A DNA stretch of 64,000 bases. Origin: Candidatus Bathyarchaeota archaeon (GTDB lineage Archaea; Thermoproteota; Bathyarchaeia; Bathyarchaeales; Bathycorpusculaceae). The notes under the pieces were generated by a model. That model saw nothing but the letters and a program-made list of their open reading frames with translations. It had not been told where the DNA came from and ran no database searches. A program made the position numbers and the translations under genes. The stretch lies in the NCBI GenBank assembly GCA_963826715.1, contig CAWGYA010000008.1, positions 928,001-992,000 on the forward strand. Reading direction: 5' to 3'. Positions 40,720-48,905 of the stretch are shown here, piece by piece; within the stretch, counting starts at the first letter, position 1, and every line of letters begins with the position of its first letter.

Positions 40720-41238
40720 ATGGATATTGCCCTAATAGTAATTGAAGCCTTAAAATTCATTTTTCCTGCTTATTGTGCCAATGGAACCCCTGTATTGGCT
40801 GGTGGCGGTACCAAGATGGATTTCGGTAGAAACTTCATTGACGGCAGGAGAATTTTTGGCAATAACAAAACTTTCCGCGGTTTCTTCTTCGGTTGGGCAG
40901 TCGGCATCATGGTTGGTTTAATGGAAGGAATTGTTTTCGGCTTCGACAATTTTCCAATATGGTTTAGTGTGCTTATTCCATTGGGTGCATTGTTAGGTGA
41001 TTTAACGGGGGCTTTCATCAAGAGACGACTGGATATTGCTCCTGGAGGTTTGCTGCCGATTGTAGATCAGATTGATTTTGTGGTGGGCGCAGTTGTGTTT
41101 GCGTTGCCCCTGGCTTTAATTAGCTGGGTAGGTTTACGTTGGGAGATAGTGGTGACAGTTCTGCTGATAACTCCACCAATTCATTTATTTACAAATTTTA
41201 TAGCGTACAAACTTAAACTGAAAAAGAACCCTTGGTAA
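40720..41238 (+). CDS. carS: CDP-archaeol synthase
   Basis: PAYCANGTP, DGRRIFG.NKTFRG, GDL.GAFIKRR, DQIDF, KKNPW. Confidence 0.93.
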   Translation: MDIALIVIEALKFIFPAYCANGTPVLAGGGTKMDFGRNFIDGRRIFGNNKTFRGFFFGWAVGIMVGLMEGIVFGFDNFPIWFSVLIPLGALLGDLTGAFIKRRLDIAPGGLLPIVDQIDFVVGAVVFALPLALISWVGLRWEIVVTVLLITPPIHLFTNFIAYKLKLKKNPW

Positions 41239-41274
41239 AAAAATAATTAATTTTTTTTAATAGAAAAAACCCTT

Positions 41275-41703
41275 TTATCCGCCCTTTACTTGGATCGAAC
41301 CTTCAAGGAATATGTAAGCCAGAAGCAGGAAAGTGATACCAATTACCAGTAGCATATAGGCTTGCCGTGGCTTGGTCACGTTTTTACTGCTCTGATATAA
41401 TGCTAGCAATCCCATAAAACCCAAGAAGTAGAGCGTTATAGAGATGAGCGTGTCGGCAATGAACTGACTGCTCAAGTCGGGGTAAAGGAAGAAGAATTGC
41501 CCTGTGTTAGGGTTATAACCTGAGGGTTGAATAGTTCTATAGTTAATAAGATCAAAGAGACCTCCGCCGAAAAGAAATATAGCATAGGAAACACCCACGA
41601 TCGTAATGATGGTTGCCGCAGGTGCATTGGATGAGAATTTGCGGACCCATCGGCTTAGCGAGAACGACATGCTTTCCGAGGTTTTTTTTATTTTTCCAGA
41701 CAT
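41275..41703 (-). CDS. OST3/OST6/OSTC(DC2)-like 3-TM oligosaccharyltransferase accessory protein
   Basis: FLFGGGLFDLI...FLY..LSSQFIAD...LYFLGFMGLLAL...LLVIG matches OSTC FLITGGIIYDVI...QYIMEG...LFTMGGLGFIIL...LLFIG. Confidence 0.65.
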   Translation of the reverse strand: MSGKIKKTSESMSFSLSRWVRKFSSNAPAATIITIVGVSYAIFLFGGGLFDLINYRTIQPSGYNPNTGQFFFLYPDLSSQFIADTLISITLYFLGFMGLLALYQSSKNVTKPRQAYMLLVIGITFLLLAYIFLEGSIQVKGG

Positions 41704-41918
41704 GGTTGCTTCTCTTCCTCAAATAGGCACTTTGATACTTCTTTAGCCCATACTCCAGTTAATGAATTTTTCTGAATACTCAATAGATACTCCATCCAAG
41801 ATAAACCCGACGCCCTATTCCAAACCGCAAATTTCTCCACCACATTACGGTAAGCCGCTAAATGCAGAGTGCAAAACCCTTCTGCTTGGGCTTCTCGGCT
41901 ACAAATTCTACACTTCAT
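41688..41918 (-). CDS. Small conserved Cys/His (Zn-binding-like) protein
   Basis: MKCRICS...GFC.LH...W; ATG 41918 overlaps the topA end. Confidence 0.7.
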   Translation of the reverse strand: MKCRICSREAQAEGFCTLHLAAYRNVVEKFAVWNRASGLSWMEYLLSIQKNSLTGVWAKEVSKCLFEEEKQPCLEK

Positions 41919-43983
41919 GCTTTGCTTTCTCCTTTGTGGGGCATTTGGGATCAAGGCACAACCGCCAAGGCATGCGACCACGCAGATACACCGCCACCAC
42001 GGGTGCACAGCAGTTTCTGCAGGTAGTTGCCAAGCGCTTAACCAGCCCCGTCTGCGGCAGAGGATAAGTCACGTTGCATTTGCCTTCAAAATAGCCAATG
42101 CAACCCACAAACCTTTTCCTGCTCTTCTTTGAGCGCAAAACCACCAGTTTGCCGCCGCATCTGGGGCAGTTGCCCATGGTTCTCTCTTGTAGGCGTGCGC
42201 TTGAAAGTGCTTGGCTGAGTTGGGCGCCGACTTGCGCTTCCTGATTTTTAAGCGTGGCTGTGACGGTTTTGAGGGTTTCTATGGTGGCGTCAAGTACACT
42301 TTGCTTGGTTTCTTTGCCCTGCTCAATTGCCTCCATCTTTGCTTCAAGTGTTCGCGTCATCTCAGGCGAAACCACTGTTGGACAAAACTTCTCCAAGACC
42401 TCGGTGACTTCAAAGCCCAAATCGCTCACAGATAGGCTGTCGACGCCGTTTAGGTAGTGGCGTTTTTGCAGGGTATCTATGGTGGCTGCCCTTGTGGCTT
42501 TGGTTCCAATTTCCTCCTTCTCCATCTTTTGTAGGAGACTGCGAGGGTTGTAGCGGGGCGTCGCCTGGGTGAAATTCTGTTTTAGCAAGAGGCACTTAAC
42601 CTCGACGGGGTGCCCCTCAACCATTGTTGGCACAATCTCCTCCTTCAAATCGACGTAGGGCACATAGAGCCTAAACCAGCCCTCAAAAAGAGTCCGCGCC
42701 GAAGAGAAGCGGAAGGGGTTGCTGTTGAGGCTGACTGTGATGTTGATGCTTTGACGGACGGCTGGTTCCCCGAAAACCGCGAAAAACCGCTTCACAATCA
42801 AGTCAAAGATGTTTTTCTCTGCCAAAGCTAGGGGTTTTTTTGGTAAATTTCCTGTAGGGTAGATGGCGGGATGGGCTGAATCAGTCTTTTTGCCCTCACT
42901 GGGCTTCAAATCTGGTTTTTTGAGCAGTTCTGCGGCGTTTTTGCTGTAACTGTTGGCTTTGGCGAGTTTTTTGAGTATGTTTCGGTAGCTGATGGAGGGT
43001 GGAAGTTTTTGGCTGCTGGTTCTTGGGTAAGAAATTAGGGCGTCGAGGTAGAGCCTTTGGAGACTGTTCAGCGTGCGCATGGGGGTAATGCGGAAGTGCC
43101 TGTAGGCTTCGCTTTGCAGGCTTCCGAGGTTGAAGGGCACAAGCGGCGGCACCGAAAACTCGGCAATATCCACCGCTTCGATTCTGCCCTGTTTGGTTTT
43201 GCAGGCGTTGCGTAGTGCGGCTGCCTCAGCTTTGGTTTCTATGGTTTTAGCGTATTCTACATCAAAAACTGCCCCATCTATGGCGATTTTTGATTTTAAG
43301 CTCCAATACGGTGTGGGCACAAAGGTCTGAATCTGCTTTTCGCGTTCCTCCAGAAACCGAAGCGTAGGACCCTGCACCCGCCCAGTGCTGAGCGTGGCGT
43401 ATTGTCCGCTGCTGTTTTTGGCGGCTTGCGTCAGCGCGCGGGACAGGTTTATTCCGAAAAGCCAGTCCACTTCATGCCGAGTCATCCCTGCCTCGATTAG
43501 GCTGAAGTCCAGGCCTGGTAGCAGATGCCCGTAGGCGTCTTGGAGTTCCTCCTCGGTAAGGGTGGAGTACTTCAGGCGTTTAGCCACCACGTCTTTGCCA
43601 CCGCAGGCATATTTTAGTATGCAATAGCCGATGATGCTGCCTTCCACGTCATAGTCGCAGGCATCTACAAACACATCGGCATCCGCCGCCAGCTTGGAGA
43701 TGACATCGAGCCAAACCCGAATCCTTCCCGCCTTACGTTCGGCTAAGTAGCGGGGGACCCATCGGTAATCAAAAACGGGGTAGCCGCGTTTGCCCTTCGC
43801 TGAGGTGATGCTGTAGAGGTGCCCCAACGCGGGAACAACTCGAATTTCACCGTTCCGGAAAGCTTCATATGTGGGGACGCCGCTCTGCACGGTTTTTCTG
43901 GGGCTGCCCGCTTCGTCGAGTGCAGTGGCTATGCGGTTTGCCGCATCGGGTTTTTCGGTGATGATTAAAGTGTACTTGTTCAA
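41908..43983 (-). CDS. topA: Type IA DNA topoisomerase
   Basis: ITEKP, DYDVEG, STGRVQGP, ISYPRT, GTKATR, C-terminal Zn ribbons. Confidence 0.95.
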   Translation of the reverse strand: MNKYTLIITEKPDAANRIATALDEAGSPRKTVQSGVPTYEAFRNGEIRVVPALGHLYSITSAKGKRGYPVFDYRWVPRYLAERKAGRIRVWLDVISKLAADADVFVDACDYDVEGSIIGYCILKYACGGKDVVAKRLKYSTLTEEELQDAYGHLLPGLDFSLIEAGMTRHEVDWLFGINLSRALTQAAKNSSGQYATLSTGRVQGPTLRFLEEREKQIQTFVPTPYWSLKSKIAIDGAVFDVEYAKTIETKAEAAALRNACKTKQGRIEAVDIAEFSVPPLVPFNLGSLQSEAYRHFRITPMRTLNSLQRLYLDALISYPRTSSQKLPPSISYRNILKKLAKANSYSKNAAELLKKPDLKPSEGKKTDSAHPAIYPTGNLPKKPLALAEKNIFDLIVKRFFAVFGEPAVRQSINITVSLNSNPFRFSSARTLFEGWFRLYVPYVDLKEEIVPTMVEGHPVEVKCLLLKQNFTQATPRYNPRSLLQKMEKEEIGTKATRAATIDTLQKRHYLNGVDSLSVSDLGFEVTEVLEKFCPTVVSPEMTRTLEAKMEAIEQGKETKQSVLDATIETLKTVTATLKNQEAQVGAQLSQALSSARLQERTMGNCPRCGGKLVVLRSKKSRKRFVGCIGYFEGKCNVTYPLPQTGLVKRLATTCRNCCAPVVAVYLRGRMPWRLCLDPKCPTKEKAKHEV

Positions 43984-44046
43984 GCCCCTTTTCCTGCTCT
44001 ACAGTTGAGAAACAAGGCTATTAAAATAACCCTGCCAGTAGAGCAG

Positions 44047-45066
44047 CTATTTTTTTGGTTTCAGGGTTTTGTATTTTATCCAGTAAACCGCAACCCACAT
44101 CGCATTGGGGATACCCACAAGCAGGCTCAGCACAAACGCCCTCAACCCTCGTTTGAAGCCCCGCCGCCGAATTTGTAGCGCCGTGTAGAACAGTGCGTAG
44201 GCTGGAAACACCAATGCGAGTATGAGATTTTGGGCGGCAATTCCAATGACTGTCACTGCTATCGCGGGCAGATAGAGGAGGTAGAACACGTAGCGTTTGT
44301 ATTGCCAGAAAAAGTTGTTTCGCCACCCCTCTTTAAAGGTGTATGCGTTTACTTGCACCTCAGATTTTTTGCGGATGCCCTTAATAGCGTCACCAAACGA
44401 CATGTCGATGCAAATATCACTGTAAGCAACGTTGAACATGTTAACGTCTAAAACTGTTATGTTTGGATCCAACATCAATCTGAATCCCAACTTTTTGGCG
44501 CGTAAACAAAAATCTGTATCTTCTTGAATGGTTAACTGCTCGTTGAAAGAAATAGCTTTTGTAAGTTGCTTGGTAAGAAGTGATTGCCCCATCATAGCAG
44601 CCTTAATCTCATAGGGCATTTGTGACTGGCTGGGCGCAAGAATTTCTCGCATTTTTCCTTCAACTTCATCGGTTGAAGCCACCGTGATTTGTTTCACGGC
44701 AGCAGTCATCAGGTCTACTTGTTCATTTTCGATACCTGAAAGTAGGTTTAAGACAGCATCTTTGGGCATGATGACATCACTGTCCCAGAATAAAAGAAAC
44801 TCTCCACTTAAGTGATTTAAGCAAATGTTTCTCCCTTCAGGTATGTTGCATTTTTTAACAATTACCTTATAACCCGCGAAGTCAGATTGGGCTAATATTT
44901 TTTTTGCAAGTTCTGCAGTATCGTCTTTACTTTCACCGTCGACAAAGACGATAAATAGCTTGTTGTGAGGGTAGGTTTGGCTCTGGAGCGAGATGAGCAT
45001 TTTGTCGATTATCCATGCTCTGTTAAAAGCCACGATCCCTACTGTGATAAGCGGCGTCTTGTGCAC
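44047..45066 (-). CDS. GT2 glycosyltransferase with C-terminal TM helices
   Basis: VDGESKDDT, GRN, WDSD, QEDTDF. Confidence 0.88.
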   Translation of the reverse strand: MHKTPLITVGIVAFNRAWIIDKMLISLQSQTYPHNKLFIVFVDGESKDDTAELAKKILAQSDFAGYKVIVKKCNIPEGRNICLNHLSGEFLLFWDSDVIMPKDAVLNLLSGIENEQVDLMTAAVKQITVASTDEVEGKMREILAPSQSQMPYEIKAAMMGQSLLTKQLTKAISFNEQLTIQEDTDFCLRAKKLGFRLMLDPNITVLDVNMFNVAYSDICIDMSFGDAIKGIRKKSEVQVNAYTFKEGWRNNFFWQYKRYVFYLLYLPAIAVTVIGIAAQNLILALVFPAYALFYTALQIRRRGFKRGLRAFVLSLLVGIPNAMWVAVYWIKYKTLKPKK

Positions 45067-45178
45067 TTAATTCACACATCTTTTACTCAAAATCAATGGA
45101 TGGTGTTAAATAACTTTCCCAGCAAACTGATAAATACAGCGGTAACCATACCCCGTATAATATTTAGGGATGTTTGGG

Positions 45179-45352
45179 ATGCCTCAACGTGTCATTTGTC
45201 ATGGCTGTAGTCATGTACTCTATGAAGGCGTAGAGCTAAAACCCCCCGACGAAATTATTCAGCAGTGTGGTGGGAAATGCCCCAAATGCGGACGCAAACT
45301 TTCTCTGTTGCCCATTGGTATTGAAGTTACACCGATAAGCAGAAAACGTTAA
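45179..45352 (+). CDS. Small zinc-ribbon protein
   Basis: MPQRVICHGC...PDEII..CGGKCPKCGRKL. Confidence 0.75.
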   Translation: MPQRVICHGCSHVLYEGVELKPPDEIIQQCGGKCPKCGRKLSLLPIGIEVTPISRKR

Positions 45353-45649
45353 TTCCAGGTTTTTCTGGCATTGCTATCTTCTTGTTATAACTTTTGAAAT
45401 TAAGTGTTAGTTTTTAGTGTTAGAAGAGTCATATTGGCTATGCTGTTCGTCTCTTATACAGATAGATTTGCATAGTTTAAAACGAGTTTTTCCCGCACTA
45501 TTCATTGGGTTTGCAGATTTGATCTAAAATACAATACAAAACAGTTCAAGCTGTCGAACCCCTTCAAGTTATGTTTTGGAAAGCCATAAATAAATCTACC
45601 ATGTGTAAAATAGTACAATCGAAATATACATGGAACGAGATGGCTTTAA

Positions 45650-47938
45650 GTGGGGGAAACAATCAAGGAAAAGCTCGGAAAGGGCTTTTCATTTTTCGAC
45701 AGGTTCGGTATTCATGTAAGCCATGGTACAATCATTGCTTATGCCGCATTAATCATGATTCTCTTTGTCGCATTTACAATACGTATTTTGCCTCTGCGCT
45801 GGGAAAACCTTGCCGCGGGAACAGCTTACCTCAATGAGTTTGACCCCTACTATCAGTTCAGTTTAACCCAGCATATGGTGCAAAACGGACCCCTATCGCC
45901 ATATTATCCTGTACCTTGGATTAATGAAATGAAGTGGTATCCAAACGGCTTGGATATGTCAGGTGCACTGCCAGCTCTCCCTATAACTGCATGGGCACTT
46001 TACAGCATAATTTCTGTATTCGGTAACTTTGATTTGATGACTTTCTGCTCGATTCTTCCTGCATTTATTGCAGTAATTTCATGCATTATCCTTTATTTAA
46101 TTGGTAAAGACATGGGTGGGCGCACAGTTGGCTTATTTTCAGCGCTTTTCCTTGCACTTGCCCCATCTTTTCTTCAGAGAAGTTCCTTGGGCTTCTTTGA
46201 CACCGAGGTTCCTGGTGTCTTAGGTTTAGTCGTATTCATCTTCTTGTTCCTGAGATCCTTAGATGGCAACCGCTCCTTAAGGGGATCACTAATTTATTCT
46301 CTAGGCGCAGGTGCAGCCCTGGCATACTTCATCGCAGGTTGGGGTGCAGCTTACTATATAATTGGTTTGTCAGTGCTCTTTGTCTTTGTCTTGGTTCTAC
46401 TCAGACGTTACAGCCAAAGGATGCTGATCAACTATAGCGTAACCTTCGGTTTAGCCCTCTTCATTGGAACCAAAATCCCCTATATTTCACTCGACTATCT
46501 GATTTCAGGCGCAGTTTTGCCTGTAGCAGCTGTATTTGTAGTACTGATTGTCGCTGAGTTACTGCGTAACAACATATCCGCAAGAAGTAAGCTGACACTA
46601 GCTGTCGCCTCAGCGGTTGTAATAATCAGCGGGTTCGTTGCATTAGGCGTAACTGGCGCATTAGGTGGTTTAGCCGGCAAATTTATCACGGTTATCGATC
46701 CTTTCATTCGTGCGTCTTCACCGCTCATCGACTCTGTGGCTGAACAACGTATTTCTGCCTGGGGGAACCTCTATATTGAAATGGGTATCAGCATACTCTT
46801 TTTCCTCGTCGGATTATACTTCACACTCAAGAAACCGACCAACAGGAATGTTTTCTTGTTATTGTTCGCTGCAACCTCTCTGTACTTTGCAACATCAATG
46901 ATTCGATTGTTGGTGATTTTCGCGCCAGCATTCGCAATAATAGCAGCTATAGGTATCGTGGGTTTAATCAAACCATTCTTTAATATCCTTCAGGAAGCAC
47001 CAAAGGTGATTACAAAAGCCAAACGCAAACTGCCACGTGTTAGCAAAGAGTATAGTGGCATTGCCATCCTAGTTATTTTCCTGTTACTAGTTACAAACTT
47101 TGCCTTTTCGCCTCAAACAGGTGGAACACCCAGAGCTGTATCTCAGGCATATGTGCCAACAGCCATCAGCGGTTCAAGTATGCCAGTTGGAGGACCTAAC
47201 CTGAACCAGCCTATTGGCGCATGGCTCGATGCAGTTGATTGGCTTAAAACAAATGCACACTCAACCGATGTAGTTGTGATGTGGTGGGACTATGGAAACT
47301 GGCTAAGTGATTTAGGAAACGTAACCACGCTCGCGGATAATACTACAAACAATAGCACTCAGATAGAGAACTTGGGCTTCGCCTTAATGGGCGACGAGAA
47401 ACAGACCCTTCAAATGCTCTCAACTTACGACCAATCTCGTGTCAAATACATCGCAGTTTTCCTTTCACTAGGATTCGCTCAAGGCAGCAGTACATCCTCC
47501 ACAACACAATCATACGTTGCTTACCCAGCAGGATTGGCTGACGAAGGCAAATGGGTATGGATGGCACGAATCTCAGGGCAGGCAAAACAACGGTTTATAG
47601 ATGAAGGTTTCGTAAGCGCTTCTCAAGCATGGACCAATGAATCATCATTCGGTGCATCGAACCAGCAAACGGGGCAATGGGAATGGAATGATCGCGGCTT
47701 AAACAGTACAGTCTTCAAGCTACTAAATAACGCGGAAGTTCAATATTGCACTGGACTGCAAATTGCCGGTTTAGACATTACTCCTGACCAGTCAGTAGCA
47801 CCGCCGACCTACTTCACAGAAGCCTACTTTGCTGGCTTAAATGTCTCGCCAGCTCAATATGGTGGAATAGTGCCTATTGTGGCTATCTACTCGATTGATT
47901 GGGACTCCTATAATGCCGCCATTGGATCAACGGGTTAA
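45650..47938 (+). CDS. aglB: Oligosaccharyltransferase AglB/STT3
   Basis: EFDPYY, RSSLGFFDTE, SVAEQ, WWDYG, LADN.T.N. Confidence 0.95.
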   Translation: MGETIKEKLGKGFSFFDRFGIHVSHGTIIAYAALIMILFVAFTIRILPLRWENLAAGTAYLNEFDPYYQFSLTQHMVQNGPLSPYYPVPWINEMKWYPNGLDMSGALPALPITAWALYSIISVFGNFDLMTFCSILPAFIAVISCIILYLIGKDMGGRTVGLFSALFLALAPSFLQRSSLGFFDTEVPGVLGLVVFIFLFLRSLDGNRSLRGSLIYSLGAGAALAYFIAGWGAAYYIIGLSVLFVFVLVLLRRYSQRMLINYSVTFGLALFIGTKIPYISLDYLISGAVLPVAAVFVVLIVAELLRNNISARSKLTLAVASAVVIISGFVALGVTGALGGLAGKFITVIDPFIRASSPLIDSVAEQRISAWGNLYIEMGISILFFLVGLYFTLKKPTNRNVFLLLFAATSLYFATSMIRLLVIFAPAFAIIAAIGIVGLIKPFFNILQEAPKVITKAKRKLPRVSKEYSGIAILVIFLLLVTNFAFSPQTGGTPRAVSQAYVPTAISGSSMPVGGPNLNQPIGAWLDAVDWLKTNAHSTDVVVMWWDYGNWLSDLGNVTTLADNTTNNSTQIENLGFALMGDEKQTLQMLSTYDQSRVKYIAVFLSLGFAQGSSTSSTTQSYVAYPAGLADEGKWVWMARISGQAKQRFIDEGFVSASQAWTNESSFGASNQQTGQWEWNDRGLNSTVFKLLNNAEVQYCTGLQIAGLDITPDQSVAPPTYFTEAYFAGLNVSPAQYGGIVPIVAIYSIDWDSYNAAIGSTG

Positions 47939-47960
47939 ATTGTGAATAGGGAGCGGTAGA

Positions 47961-48827
47961 TTGTTCCCCAAGGTTCCTGACCAGCACAAAGTTGGTAGAC
48001 CTTTAATCCCCAACGGCATAGGCGTATTCTACGTCCTATTCACAACAGTTTATCTTTTTTTGATTTATTTTATGCAAGAAAGTAGTAGTCAAATACTCCC
48101 AGTTTCTGCAGCCTTTACTTTAGCGGCATGCGTACTTTTTGGCGGCTTTATGGGTATGATGGATGACTGGATAGATTTGAAATGGCGCTATAAAGCATTC
48201 ATGCCTCTTATCGCTGCGTTGCCACTTATTTACTTCGCTATGGTAACAGGTGCTAGAACAAGCATTTCACTTCCTATTTTGGGGACAATAGATTTTGGAG
48301 CTGCCTACTTCTACCTCATTATACCTCTAATTGTGATGATAGTAACTAATACTGTTAATCAGCTTGGAGGATTAAACGGGTTGGAATCACTTTGCCCTGC
48401 TATTGTAATTATTGGGATGATGGCGTTTTCACCTAACTACCTTTTAATGATTGGGCCCATGTTTTTTTGGTTGATTTTAGCATTTTTAAACGTTTCAGGC
48501 AAGATTTTCGTGGGGAACACGGGGTCTTTCGCCATAGGTATGACTGTCGCATCTTTCGCTATTATCTCTGACCTAAAAGTGAACCTGTTAATCTCAATTT
48601 TGCCTTTCATATTCAACTCTGCGGTCATCTTGCTTTCTGTTTTCTTTGTACATAAAAAAGCCGCAGTGAAATTTGATGGCGAACGTCTTTACTCCGACAG
48701 TAGAAAGAGCATAGTAACAATTATCACCTACCATAGGTCCTTAACGGAACGCCAAATAGTTGCAATAATTGCTTTGATTGTAACACTATTTACTTTGCTT
48801 GCTGCACTCATCCAATTATTTGCATAA
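47961..48827 (+). CDS. UDP-GlcNAc:dolichyl-phosphate GlcNAc-1-P transferase (AglH/DPAGT1/MraY family)
   Basis: D.HK..IPNG.G, GMMDDW.DL.WRYK, NTVNQLGGLNGLE, KIFVGNTG. Confidence 0.85.
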   Translation: MFPKVPDQHKVGRPLIPNGIGVFYVLFTTVYLFLIYFMQESSSQILPVSAAFTLAACVLFGGFMGMMDDWIDLKWRYKAFMPLIAALPLIYFAMVTGARTSISLPILGTIDFGAAYFYLIIPLIVMIVTNTVNQLGGLNGLESLCPAIVIIGMMAFSPNYLLMIGPMFFWLILAFLNVSGKIFVGNTGSFAIGMTVASFAIISDLKVNLLISILPFIFNSAVILLSVFFVHKKAAVKFDGERLYSDSRKSIVTIITYHRSLTERQIVAIIALIVTLFTLLAALIQLFA

Positions 48828-48905
48828 TTGAGCTGTTTAATTCAAGGGGATGGTTCAGGCAAGTGTCCATTAAATGCCAAAAAACTTTCCCCTCATCAAC
48901 AAAGC

